Assembly (NCBI GenBank): GCA_977017645.1
Contig: OZ360222.1
Coordinates: 181,164,001 to 181,228,000 of the forward strand
Length of the DNA stretch: 64,000 nucleotides
Direction: 5' to 3'
Source: Torpedo marmorata
Taxonomy: Eukaryota
In this document: piece after piece, positions 12,126 through 24,521 of the stretch
Position numbering within the stretch: position 1 is the first letter of the stretch
Layout of the letters: each line of letters begins with the position of its first letter
Translations under genes and position numbers: made by a program
The notes under the pieces: generated by a model
The model's input: the letters and a program-made list of their open reading frames with translations, nothing else
Databases searched by the model: none
Told to the model about the DNA's origin: nothing

Positions 12126-12297
12126 GTGGGTTGGTTACCAGTATCCTGGATACAGAGGATACCAGTACCTGTTCGAGATGGGAGATTATAAGCATTGGAA
12201 CGAGTGGTGCGCCCAGCAACCCATGATGCAGTCCATCCGCCGTCTCCGGGACATGCAGTGGCATCAGAAGGGCTACTTCCAGGCGGCCACCAAGTGA
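12126..12297 (+). CDS. crybb1: beta-B1-crystallin exon 6 (Greek key 4 and C-terminal arm)
   Basis: cag|[56 protein letters not shown]; the joined CDS is 684 nt (227 aa) with consistent phases. Confidence 0.95.
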
Positions 12298-12463
12298 AGG
12301 AGCTCCTCCTCCCCCCACCCACTGGAGGCTCTCAGTCCTTTCAGGGAATCGGCTAAGTTGAAGTTTCCACTCCCGATTTTTAATCCACCCGGAGCAGATA
12401 ATTCGTCTGCTCTTTACAATGTTAAGCAGGGTTTTCAGAATACAAAATCTACTTTATGATGGA

Positions 12464-12469
12464 AATAAA
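12464..12469 (+). terminator. crybb1: crybb1 polyadenylation signal AATAAA (alternative at 13284-13289)
   Basis: First AATAAA after the stop codon. Confidence 0.55.
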
Positions 12470-12769
12470 GAAAGTGGATGAAAAGTTGGCAGCTTGGTCT
12501 GGTTCATAGGACGGGCAAGCGACTACAGCAGAGGTGAATTGGAGGGATGATGAGACCTGGATCTGAAATTCAGCCTCACTGATTTAGCAGGACTGATTTC
12601 AGAAGCAGAGTTCAACAAACAAACGTTAGGTCTTGTGCTTTGGGCCCATGGGACGTATTCCTGTGTTCTCCTCTTGGGGCAGGGTTCCATGAGTACAGTT
12701 ATTCTCAGTACCATTCATCACGATTGACATGGTGGCCAGTGGTTACTCCTCATCCTCTGTATGTAACAA

Positions 12770-13130
12770 TGGGGACTGGGCACTGTGGAAAATATGGGTC
12801 CAAGAGGCTTTGGTCCCTATGGACACTATGAGCAACGTGAGTGCTGAACACAAAACGTGGGCACTATCGATAATGTGGGCATTGGACAGTGAGCCCTGGG
12901 CATTTTGTACACTTTGGGTACTGGACAGTGGCCCTAGACACTTTGGACACTATGGACACTGGATATCATGGGCACTGGACACAGTGGGCATTGGACATTT
13001 GAATGCAATGGGCACTGGACATAGTGGGTACTCTTGGCACTGGATATTTTGGACACTGGGCACTAGGCACTGTGGACACTATAGGCAGTGGGCATTGTGG
13101 GCACTCTGGGCACTGGACTCTTTGGACACA
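12770..13130. repeat. Degenerate minisatellite, core TGGGCACTGGACACT (about 16-17 bp)
   Basis: Many imperfect copies of gggcactggacac are visible. Confidence 0.75.
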
Positions 13131-13524
13131 ATCGCTCGTGGACCATGCACCAGCCAGTGTGCAAATGCACACCGTTGCTCATCACACCAGATACTGGGTA
13201 CCAACATCGGAGGATCTGCTGCTGATTCAGTGCTGGTGACCAGCAAGCCCAAGTGTTGCAGTGACCAATTGTCAGAGAATTGGAATAAAAGTATTTTGAC
13301 AAAATAATGCCGCTTGCTCAGCAGAATATGAAATTTGCTCTCCCATGAGGTTGGACTCCTGGATTGAGAAATGCCGGTTTAATCTATGTTACTGAGTTCG
13401 ATATTTTATTCCTGTGACTCCAGGTGTGTGTCATGTGTTGGGTGAGTGAGTGGTCTTGCATTGTATAGCCCTAACTTCTGAGCTATATGGCTGCATGTAC
13501 CCTTGCTAAAGCTTCCACCTCCAA

Positions 13525-13830
13525 CCTAGGTGTAGGGGAAGGAGCATGGTAACAAAGGCAGGAGGTAATAGGTGGAGAAGGGAGGGAGGGCACACAGCAG
13601 CAAGCAAGGGGAGGAGGGATTGCTTGGAGAATAGAGAGGGAAGGGGCTGAAGAGCTGAGGTAAAGAAGACAAGGGGAAGGGAAGGGAGAGCAGGTTAGCA
13701 GAAACCGGAAAATTCGATGTTAATGTCATCCGGCTGGAGAGTGCTCAGACGGAAAATCAGGTGTTGTTCCTCCAATTTATGGGTGGTCTTGGTGGGATGG
13801 TACATGAGGCCATGGACAGACATGTGTGTT
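13525..13830 (-). mobile_element. Penelope fragment
   Basis: Same family as 2540-3157 (HMSVHGLMYHPTKTTHKLEEQHLIFRLSTLQPDDINIEF on the - strand). Confidence 0.8.
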
Positions 13831-16584
13831 TCCTCCAATTTACGCCAGGCTGAAGTGCAATTCCTCCCCCAGGCTACTCTGACAGCTCCTCCCTAACCTG
13901 AGACTTCCACACCAAAGGCAGCAGATGCATGGGAGCACTACCACCTGCGGATTCCCCCCAAGCGCCATGCTGACTTTGAAATTTATCGCCGGCCTTTCAT
14001 TGTCGCTGGGTCTAAATTCCAGAACTTCCTCACCCAAACTGTGGGAACACCCTCACCAGAAGGACTTCAGCACTTCATGAAGGAGGCTCACCTTCACCCT
14101 CTCTGAGAGGTGACTGGGGGGGGCAGGGGGTATGGGCATTAAATGCTGGGCCAAATCTGCTGAGAATTGAAATCATAACATGAGAAAAGCAGACACTTTT
14201 TCTGCGGAAGCCTCTCCCAGGAGAGAGTGAACGCAGCAGGTGTGTGCCCTGCTTGGTCTCATCGTGACAGCCACAGCAACTAGTTCACATGACATGTTGC
14301 GAAGAGGGCAGCAACTGCGGGGAGAGCAGCTGGTGGGGAAGGGGGAATGAGGCATCCACACCATCCATTACAACAACTCCTGCTTTGTCATCCAACATCT
14401 CCTGTCGAACAGAAGTCAATCTGGACTTCCATCCAGCGGTGCTAAGCAAGTATCTTACCCCCAAAGCTAAGAAGAATAGCTTTACTGTGTATTATGCTTT
14501 TACAACCAAGCTGAAACCTCACCTCTCCCCTTCACAGGGAATCGGATTGGCTCTCTGTGTGATGGTAGAGCACAGATAGCAGCTGTGTTTCACAATTCCC
14601 TCCTGACTTCTGTTTCTGCTGAAGTCAGAATGAATTCCTGATGGGGAGAGATTTAAAACCTGGTGGCGGACTTTGCTGCTGCCTGCTTTCTCTCATGCAG
14701 AAAGGCTTGTTATTTTTGGGGTACTCTCAATATTGTTGATTTTGCCTGTACAATCAGTAAACCTTTCACATCTTATTATCTTACAAATGAGGCAAAGTTA
14801 TCCTTCTCTTCATTAGACCTGTTTGAAAGGGAAATGTTGTCCTGAACACCAAGATAGTTCCAATGTAGAGCTTTGCACGTCTGATAGCATTGTGGATAAA
14901 CACCTTACCATCTATAGAGTAATCCTTCAGTATACATACTACTAACATGGACAAACCCCAGATTGGAAAAGCACAAGAACTGCAGACGCTGGAATCTTGA
15001 GTGAACATAGTGAAGCTGGGGGTTTCAGTGGGTCAGGCAGCAGCCGTGGAGTGAAGTGGTCAGTTAATGTTTCGGGTCGGGACTAAAGTGGAAGGGGTGA
15101 TAGTATACCTCTCTCTGCTGTTTTATTGCTGACTTCATTCACAACAACTGATACAAGTACACACTTACCTTTTAAGGATCCATTAATATCCTGATAGCTA
15201 TCTTAATTTTCATTGGCATGGTCCTTCTGAATGAGCTCTTCTGAAGAAACAGTTGAGATAAAGATAACTGACTTAGCTACTCTCTTCATGCTGTCAAACC
15301 CAATAAAAACTTTGAATCTTTCTAACATTCAGGACCATTCAAAAACAATTAAAAATCAATCAATTGTATAATTTTAAACATGAAAAAAATAGAACAATTG
15401 AAACATGAAACTAACCTCAATTAGTCAAAATAAGTTAATGACCTCATATTTACCTTGACCCTTCACAGTTGTTCTTCTCAATTCAACAAAATAGTAAGTA
15501 TGAGCATATGGCTTCACTTGGTGCTGGGTCTTTCAGTGAGTCTGTCTCTCTCAGATTTCTGTTTCATTATTTGAAGGGGGAAAACCAGAAAATACTTAAA
15601 AACAGAGGAAAGTAGGTTTGCGGAATAAGTTACCAAAAGATGTGAAGAGCAAGAGATTTTATAAATGATCACTACTTAAGAGAGAGATAGAGGATGAAGA
15701 TATTGTCCACAGCAGGGAATTGGTCACTACAAAAAGGACCTGCTTGCTGCAAATTACTCTCTTTACTCCCAAAAAATGCTTACATTCAAGGCATGTATCA
15801 CTCACCACTTAAAAATAATTAAAATGCTTTATCACTTGTCTGACCTTTCCTAATGGTAAGGTTTGTCACCTAGATAAATGCACATTATGTGTCCATATAA
15901 AATTAATCTTGATTTTTGTCACTTATGCTACTGTGTCACTGGGTCTAATTCTTTTCAATGCCATTCTCAGGGCTCAGAGTGAAGGAATAGCAAATAGTCT
16001 AATGTTATTAAGGGTCGAGGCTATTATAAGATATGATTATTTAGCCATGAATGTTATTTCTTCCAGCCCTGACTTCTCTAGTGTTTAGTTGGTTACAAAT
16101 CAAGAAGGAATTTCTCCAGCTGACATCCTCAATCACCATGCAGCAGTGATATTTTGGGCAGGCGTGTACCAGTGCAGGCCCTGGTTAGCAACCGTTGCCA
16201 AGGGTAGGTGTTCAGTTCAGGAGTTGTAGAAGAGAGGATACTGGGAATGGATAAAATATATCAAACTCAATACAGATTACACAGTATTCAAAAGTTTTTA
16301 TTGCAAAGGTTGTCGTGGTCATCCGATCAACTTTTGTGTGAGCATTTTTCTTTGGGCTTTAGGGTTAGTACAGGTCGGGGTGTTCCATTCATACTTCGCT
16401 GCAGGCTCAGGGGATGCACTCAGGAATTTTCTGGATTTGATCGGGAGTCTGGTAATTGAAGGAATAATTGCAGGGTCTTTAAACTGAGCTCCAGGCAGCC
16501 AAGTCATTTGGAACCATATTTGGTGTGAAGTGCTGATGAAGATGTCAAGGTGGGTCATCTCCAGGCACCCCATGTGACATTCCT

Positions 16585-17590
16585 GTGGATGCAGCAGAAC
16601 TTATGGGACCAAACAATATCCTAGCTGTCGCACTGAAGACCTGCGTTCCAGAATTAGCTCCACCTCTGGACAAGCAGCATGAGTACAGGTACCACACTGA
16701 CATCTACCCGACATGTGGAAAATTGAGAAACACAAAAGCTGGAATCTTCAGCAGACAGAGAATTGCTGGAGGAACTCAGCAGGTCAGATAGCATCAGCGG
16801 GTAGAAATGGTCAGTCAATGTTTCAAATCAAAGCACTTTATCAAGATTTAATAAAGGGTTCAGACCAGAAATGTTGATTGACTGTTTCTACCCCATGGAT
16901 GCTGTTTGACCTTCTGAGTTCCTCAAACAATTCTCTGTGTGTGTGTGTAAGGTTGCCCAGGTACGTCATCGAGTTATAGTTTCACAGCTCAGCTCTGCTG
17001 AACAGGCCCTTCAGCAGAGCTTGTACATACCAATCAAGCAAGTTCCATTTCACTGCTTTTAGCCCACATCCCTCTAAATCTTTCCTATCCATGTATCCGA
17101 TTAAATACTCTATCTTTTAAACATAACAATTGGCCCTGCTTCTATGTAGTTCATCTCAATCCGGTTGCAGTCTTGGATAACCTTCTTCAATGTCCACTAT
17201 ACCATCAATGTTGGTGTAATTCACAAATTTATTAACCATACTAACTGCATTGTCATCCAAGTTATTACTATAGGTGTCAAACAATAATGATCATGAGTTT
17301 ATTGTCATACACATTGTACAATGTATGTATGCACACAATTCTTGTTGCAGTCGAACAGGTACTTATAAAGAAAAACTATAATAGTAAGCTAATTGAATTA
17401 AATTAAAAGAGACAATGAATACATAAGATAGATAATATTCACTGTAATCCAGTGCAAAAAGGTGACTTGGAATAGTGCAGACAGTCCTTTTTGTGGACCC
17501 AGCACTGATCCTAGTGGCACAAAAAACATGGCAGATCCAAGCCAGTTACTTACTGCCCAATTGACCTACTCTCAATCACCAAGCTTATTT
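16585..17590 (+). mobile_element. Old CR1-clade LINE fragment split by nested Penelope tails, a CR1 piece and a Rex1 tail
   Basis: MGPNNILAVALKTCVPELAPPL...IYPT.WK resumes at 16950 (VAQVR) and at about 17520 (KKHGRSKP...PIDLLSIT) after intervening repeats. Confidence 0.6.
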
Positions 17591-17959
17591 CTGCTCTCCA
17601 AAGGGTTTGAGGGAGAGGGGAAATGGCCTTCATGGAGTTAGGTTACAAATCAACCATGAGCTCACAAAACAGGTCAAAGAGGTTCAATGCTGGCCCCTGT
17701 TGCAATATGCTTGGAATCCTTGCTCCTCAGTGATGTTGGTGCGAGACCGTCTGGATCTGAACATGTCTGACAGTTTAGATGTGGTGAAAGAGAAAACAGC
17801 TACCGGTAATTATTTCACAGTGAACAGCAGTTAGCTTATCTCCTTGTCAGCAGGGATGAGTTGGACCAAGGGATCTCTCCATGACTCGAATTCTGAGTAT
17901 CAGGAGTGTACTGGGGATGGTCCACTGTCAGGATGTGGTATTGGTTTTAAAAGGATAAA

Positions 17960-18600
17960 AGTAGAAAATGCTGGGGATGCTCAACAGGTCAGGCAGTGTC
18001 TGTGGAGAGAGAAATATTTCAGGTCCATGACCCTTCATCAGAACTGGGAACAGGTAGACATCAGTGAGATTTTACGCTTCAGATCAAGGAACCAGGAGCA
18101 GAAAGAGTAAAGGGAAGGTCTGTGAGGTGGGGAAGACCAGGAGCGATGAAGTGATGTAAGTTGTGGTGGTGGAGGTTGAGGGAAGGTGGTGGAGGTGTGT
18201 CTGCAGTTGGTGCAAATAGGAGAATAAAGTTTGAAATACTGGAAGAAGTGCAGGAACATTAATCTGAATGCTGCAAGACCAGACTGGCCGATTATCTGAA
18301 ATAGTTGGGGGTTGTAAGATGTCGTCAGAAATTGAGGTGCTGTTCCTCCATCTTATTGGAGATTTGTTGGAGATCAGAGACAGAGGTCGGAGGTGGAGCA
18401 GGATGGAGTGACAAGCAACTGGAAGCTTAAGATCAACTCGGGGAGGTTTTCTACAAAACATTCCTGCAGCCTGTGTTTGGTTTCCTTACTGAAGAGGAGA
18501 GTGCATTGCACGTTCAGTAAACTGGAAGAAGTGCAAGTAAATTGCTGCTTCACCTGGAAGGAGAGTCTGGATCCCTGAACCCTTCCTAGGGGAAAGAGAA
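17960..18600 (-). mobile_element. Diverged Penelope fragment
   Basis: ORF 18374-18694 reads FQVKQQFTCTSSSLL..QCTLLFSKETKHRLQECFVE, a degenerate GIY-YIG; tail contains CTGATGA...GAAA. Confidence 0.7.
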
Positions 18601-18739
18601 TTTCAGGTTCTGTATGCCTGGAAGAGCAGAGTGCTTTGAAGAGAGGACCAGAGCATTGCAGAGGGAGTGGTCCTTTTGCAAAGCTGAGAGGCAATGGGTG
18701 ATGTCAAGTCTAATGTCAACCACTCCGTGGCTTGCAGCA

Positions 18740-19370
18740 TTTCTTTGCAGGAGCTTCCAAGTGTACCATGGAAAGTATAGTGAGTGGTTGCATCGCAGCC
18801 TGGTTTGGAGATTCGAGTGCCCGAGAATGCAGAAGGCTGCAGAAAGTGGCAAACATAGCCAAGTCCATCACAGGCTCTGACCTCCCATCCACTGATGACA
18901 TCTATGTGAGGCACTGCCTCAAGAACATGGATGTATTTGGGCGGCGCAGGCTTGTGGGCTGTGCTGTATCAATAAATTAAAAAATGGCAGCCAACATCAC
19001 GAAGGACCCCCCATTGCCCTGGTCACAATTTCGGGTAGAAGGAGCAGAAGTTCAGCACCTCTTGGTTCAAGAACAATTTTTTATCCAATGGCTATTAGAC
19101 TCTTGAACCTCCTTATTACCTTATACATAAACAACACCAAGACCACCAAAAGTATTGTCTGCACTTTTGAAATAGCACTTTTTTTACACTACTGTAACTG
19201 TGATTATTTATCTCCCTGTCCTTTTATTTATTATCTCTTTAGCCACTGGGTAATTTAATGAATACTATTGTAATTGGTGTATCTTACAAACCTGTGTGGC
19301 TGCAGCACGTAAGAATTTTGACGCATCTGTATGTTGTACTTGTACGTATGATAATAAACTCATTATCATC
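18740..19370 (+). mobile_element. Rex1/Babar LINE 3' fragment
   Basis: KCTMESIVSGCIAAWFGDSSARECRRLQKVANIAKSITGSDLPSTDDIYVRHCLK (DUF1891-region). Confidence 0.8.
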
Positions 19371-20729
19371 TTAACCTCTCCACTGTTAACAGCCATGTCA
19401 TCAGCTCCCAATAGCCTAAGTTCTGGAATTCCCTCAGAGTCTCCATCTCCATCTGTCCTTTTAAGATGTCGCTTGAAGCCTACCTCTTTGACCAAGGTTT
19501 TGACCACAAGCTGGACCTCAATGTTCTGCTCCTTGCCATATTAACAACTACCATCTGTATAATGAAAAAGAGGAAAGGGGTGATTGCTCAATGTCTACTG
19601 AAAACCATCACTTTAAAGAAAGAGTGCTGTTGAAATGTTGAATGTTTGACAATGTACAAAAAATGTAATACTCTGAAACTTAAATAAAGTTGAAAATAAA
19701 CCCTTGCTTAGTTATCAAACACAATTTCCATGAGTAAAAATAGATAAATTATCACCCAGTTGGTGGTGATTAGCATAAGGTGAATGTGAGGTTAACCCAA
19801 TCTTCATCCCCTTTTACCCTTGTCCATTGGCCTGCTTCTCCTTTCTCAACAACTCTCGTCACTAGTCCAGCCTGTGACAGTGATCGGATGCCCAAATCTG
19901 CAACCAAATAGGGTATTTATAGCATAGAGTTCTGTCCAGTCAGCTGCCGACTGCTTTATCACACTTGTGTATGTGTTTGTCTGCTGGTCAATCCTTATCG
20001 CATTTCTCCTGCTCCACGTGTACTGTCTGCCTGCTGGGATCCGTTAGTGGCTGTTTTCAAAGGAAGCTTCCAAGTTCTCCACGATCTAAGTGAAGAGAGT
20101 TGTGAAAGTCTTTCCCTGGAAGGTTTGTTTACAGTTGTGATGTGGAAGGGAATGAACACTTTCTTTCCCAATTGTTTCTCTGTCTCTCTCTCTTCTCAGT
20201 GTGTTCCGTTGGTCTTACATGGGGAGCTTGTGAGAAGGGTTATTTTTAGTCCCTACACGGACAGCTGTTGCTCCAGTACTGGGCTTCTCTCCCCGAGACC
20301 TCGCTGGGTCCATGAAGCTACTCGCTGCAGGAGTAGTCCATGTGCAAACGTTGACAGTGTGTGCGAGTTAGGGGTCAGTGAGTGGCGAGGGACGGGTGGA
20401 CTTGGGGATTACCGTTGATGGAGGGAAGGGATAGAAAAAGAAACGGGATTTAAGAACAATATCCAGTTGCTTTGTTGTGAAGAAGAGGGGTGGTTTGTTT
20501 TTCAGTCACTTTCCCATCAGTGGATGGCAACATCATCTTCTCAGTGGAAACAATAAGTAGGAGATGGGGATTGAGAGACCCCTCACATGTTCACCGATGC
20601 CCCCAATAGGTGGAAATCAGAGGGCATCTCCCTCTAGCCGCAGCCTTTCTAACTCCACAGCCTTCTAATATCCCATTCTCCTCACCTCCAGTCTTACCAC
20701 ACACCTTCCTCGTTTCTTGTTCCCTTCTC

Positions 20730-22680
20730 CCTTCCCATTCCGCCCCACTCCTCTCCCTCCCCCTCTCCTCTGCTCCCTTCCCCTCGCTCTCTCTCTTCCC
20801 TCCCCTCCTCCCCTCCTCCCCTCCCTTTCTTCCTCCCCCTCCCTTTCTTCCTCCCCCTCCCCTTCCTCCCCTCCCCTTCTTCCTCACCCTCCCCTTCTTC
20901 CTCCCCTCCCCTTCTTCCTCCCCTCCCTCCTTTCCTCCCCACCCTCCTTTCCTCCCCCTCCCTCCTTTCCTCAGCCTCCCTCCTTTCCTCCCCTCCCACC
21001 TTCCCCCCTTCCCTCCCATCCCCCTTCCCNNNNNNNNNNNNNNNNNNNNNNNNNNNNNNNNNNNNNNNNNNNNNNNNNNNNNNNNNNNNNNNNNNNNNNN
21101 NNNNNNNNNNNNNNNNNNNNNNNNNNNNNNNNNNNNNNNNNNNNNNNNNNNNNNNNNNNNNNNNNNNNNNNNNNNNNNNNNNNNNNNNNNNNNNNNNNNN
21201 NNNNNNNNNNNNNNNACCCTCCCCCTCCCTCCTTTCCTCCCCTCCCCTCCCTCCTTTCCTCCCCCTCCCCTCACTTCTTTCCTCCCCCTCCCTCCCTCCT
21301 TTCCTTCCCTTCCTCCTTTCCTCCCCTCCCCTCCCTCTTTTCCTCCCCCTCCCTCCTTTCCTCCCTCTCCCCCTCCCTCTTTTTCTCCCCCTCCCCTCCC
21401 TCCTTTCCTCCCCCTCCCCTCACTCCTTTCCTCCCCCTCCCTCCTTTCCTACCCGCCCCCTCCCTCCTTTCCTCCCCTCTCTCCTTTCCTCCCCCTCCCT
21501 CCTTTCCTACCCGCCCCCTCCCTCCTTTCCTCCCCTCTCTCCTTTCCTCCCCCTCCTTCCTTTCCTCCCCTCCCTCCTTTCTTTCCCCTCCCTCCTTTCT
21601 TCCCCCTCCCTTCTTTCCTCCCCTCCCCCACCCTCCTTTCCTCCCCCTCCCTCCTTTCCTCCTCCTCCCCATCTCCTCCTTTCCTCCCCCTCCCTCCCTC
21701 CTTTCCTCCCCCTCCCTCCCTCCCTCCTTTCCTCTCCTTTCTTCCTTTCCTCTCCTTTCTTCCTTTCCTCTNNNNNNNNNNNNNNNNNNNNNNNNNNNNN
21801 NNNNNNNNNNNNNNNNNNNNNNNNNNNNNNNNNNNNNNNNNNNNNNNNNNNNNNNNNNNNNNNNNNNNNNNCTCCCCCTCCCTCCCTCCTTCCTCCCTCC
21901 CCCCTCTCCCCTCCCTCCCACCCTCCTTTCCTACCCCTCCCTCCCCCTTTCCTCTCCTTTCCTCTCCATCCTCACCTTTCCTCTCCTTCTTCCTTTCCTC
22001 CCCTTTCCTCCCCCTCCCTCCCTCCCCTTCCTCCCCCTCCCTCCCTCCCCTTTCCTCCCCTCCCCTATCCTCCCCTCCCTCCTTTCCTCCACTTTCCTCC
22101 CCTCTCTCCCCTCCCCTTCTCCCTCCTCCCTCCCTCCCCTTTCACCCCCTCCCCTCTCCCTCCTTTCTCCCCCTCCCTCCTCCTTTCCTCCCCCTCTCTC
22201 CTTTCCTCCCACTCCCTCCTTTCCTCCCCCTCCCCATCCCTTCTTCCTCCCCCTCCCCTCCCTCATTCCTCCCCTCCCCTCCCTCTTTTCCTCCCCCTCC
22301 CCTCCCTCCTTTCCTCCCCCTCCCCCCTCCCTCCTTTCCTTCCCTCCCCTCTTTCCTCCCCATCCCCCTCCCTCCTTTCCTCCCTTCCCCTCCCTCCTTT
22401 CCTCCCCTTCCCTCCCTCCTTTCCTCCCCCTCCCTCCCTCCCCTTTCCTCCCCCTCCCTCCCCTCCCTCCCTCCCTTTCCTCCCCCTCCCTCCCTGGCCT
22501 TTACTCCCCCTCCCNNNNNNNNNNNNNNNNNNNNNNNNNNNNNNNNNNNNNNNNNNNNNNNNNNNNNNNNNNNNNNNNNNNNNNNNNNNNNNNNNNNNNN
22601 NNNNNNNNNNNNNNNNNNNNNNNNNNNNNNNNNNNNNNNNNNNNNNNNNNNNNNNNNNNNNNNNNNNCTCTCCCCTCCCC
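20730..22680. repeat. About 2-kb polypyrimidine/polypurine low-complexity tract (CCCTCCTTTCCTCC-like units) with three assembly gaps
   Basis: Almost pure C/T on the + strand; N runs at 21030-21215, 21772-21871 and 22515-22667. Confidence 0.95.
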
Positions 22681-22739
22681 TAGTTCTCCTTTCACTGAAC
22701 CCGCTGCACACTCCATCCTCTCTCTCCCTTACCCCAACC

Positions 22740-23190
22740 ACAACCATTCCTACAGTGACATGTCTATCCGGAGCCTTATCCATTGTCAGAGTGAGGCCAA
22801 ATGTGAACTTGAGCAATGACACATCACATTCCTCCTGGACAGTTTAAACCCCAAGGTATGAACATTAAATGTTTTTCTAATATTAGGTAACCCACCCCCA
22901 TCTGGTTCCACTGTTTCCATCTCTTCTTCACCTAATCGTTTAAAATATCCCCTTTCTTTAACTTTTCTCCCCCTCCCCCGCAACGGTCTGTCCCTTGACC
23001 CGTCTCTCCATCTCTCACACCTTCTGTCCTATTACCTCTGTGCCCTCCCAGCTTCTTTCGCTTTACATTTATAATTTTACCCTCTTTAGTCTTGATAAAG
23101 GGTCCAGACTCAGAGTGATGACTGACCATTTCTACCCATGAATGTTGTCTGGCCTGCTGAGTTCCTCCAGCAATTCTTTGTCTGCTCAAC
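22740..23190 (+). mobile_element. Diverged Penelope 3' fragment
   Basis: HSYSDMSIRSLIHCQSEAKCELEQ*HITFLLDSL followed by the family tail. Confidence 0.7.
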
Positions 23191-23673
23191 CTATATATAT
23201 ATATAGTACAGCAGAGAGTGTACGAATTAAATATAGTTTTACAATAAAACTAAAGTGCAGGGTGTGGTGTAACATCAGACAAAAGTGCAGAGCATAATGT
23301 TAAAGAGAAAAATAAAGTTAAAACAGTGCAAGGCATCATCTTATACTGATGGGAGGTCGATTCAACATACTAATAACAGCAAGAAATGAACTGTCCTTGA
23401 ATCTGGCGGTGCGAGTTTTCAAACTCGTGTAACTTCTGCCTGACCCTATGGGGGAGAGGATGCGATGTGTCCTTTAATATTTTGGCTGCTTTCCCAAGGC
23501 AGAAGGGGTTGAAGATAGAGTAAGAATTTTGGTGCATATGTACATTGTACAATAGACATGACAATAAATTCATTATCATTAGAGTCTGTGGAGGGGAGGT
23601 TGGTTTGTGTGATTTGAGCTGAGTACTGATCAGTTGTAGGGTTTGGAGCATTTGAAGTTAGATGATTCAGTGG

Positions 23674-24052
23674 CAGGGGCAATATGCCCCATGCGGTAGG
23701 ATTGAACAGTTCCAACAGGGGCAATATGCCCCATGCGGTAGGATTGAACAGTTCCAACAGGGGCAATATGCCCCATGCGGTAGGATTGAACAGTTCCAAC
23801 AGGGGCAATATGCCCCATGCGGTAGGATTGAACAGTTCCAACAGGGGCAATATGCCCCATGCGGTAGGATTGAACAGTTCCAACAGGGGCAATATGCCCC
23901 ATGCGGTAGGATTGAACAGTTCCAACAGGGGCAATATGCCCCATGCGGTAGGATTGAACAGTTCCAACAGGGGCAATATGCCCCATGCGGTAGGATTGAA
24001 CAGTTCCAACAGGGGCAATATGCCCCATGCGGTAGGATTGAACAGTTCCAAC
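23674..24052. repeat. Perfect minisatellite, 9 x 42 bp (CAGGGGCAATATGCCCCATGCGGTAGGATTGAACAGTTCCAA)
   Basis: Nine identical contiguous units with no spacers. Confidence 0.97.
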
Positions 24053-24301
24053 TGTGCTCACATCTCTCTCCACAGATGCTGGCTGATCTTCTGAGTATTT
24101 CTGGTATTTTCAGTTCTGATTCTAATGGGGAACTTGCCTTGACAGTCAGATGTAACATAGGATCATGGATGCTGGTTGTTCTTCTGGGGATTCTTGGCTA
24201 GAGGTTAGCAGCAAATGGGCAAGTTGGTTTTTCAAATATTTGACATTATTTCTTTTTGTTTTCATGTGCTTTTTTGTCAAATGTATTTTTAAAATATGTT
24301 A

Positions 24302-24521
24302 CAGTAAAACCCCTGGTATCCAGCACCCATGGGGATTGGTAGATGCCGGATAAGTGAATTTTCCAGTTGCTTGAGATTGCGTGTTGCGTGATTGGTGAAC
24401 TAACGGCGAGGCGCTCCAATTTTAAACTTCCGTATTTTTTACTTATTTATTTTCTGCGATTTTTTTGCGGTTGCTAGAGGCTGTCAAGTTGCTTGAATTC
24501 TGGATAACAGGGGTTTTACTG
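24302..24521. mobile_element. Tc1/mariner-pogo/Tigger-type MITE (220 bp)
   Basis: 22-bp TIRs CAGTAAAACCCCTG(G/T)TATCCAG with one mismatch, flanked by TA on both sides. Confidence 0.9.

Noticed and set aside
12729-13307. 192-aa Trp/Gly/His-rich ORF after crybb1
   Set aside because: Translation of a degenerate minisatellite.
20591-22847. Long Pro/Ser/Leu-rich and Gly/Arg/Glu-rich ORFs (up to 745 aa)
   Set aside because: Artefacts of a stop-free C/T tract and N gaps.
23674-24052. CRISPR-like palindromic repeat array and its repetitive ORFs
   Set aside because: Units are contiguous and identical with no unique spacers, there are no cas genes, and the context is vertebrate. The ORFs arise because 42 is a multiple of 3.
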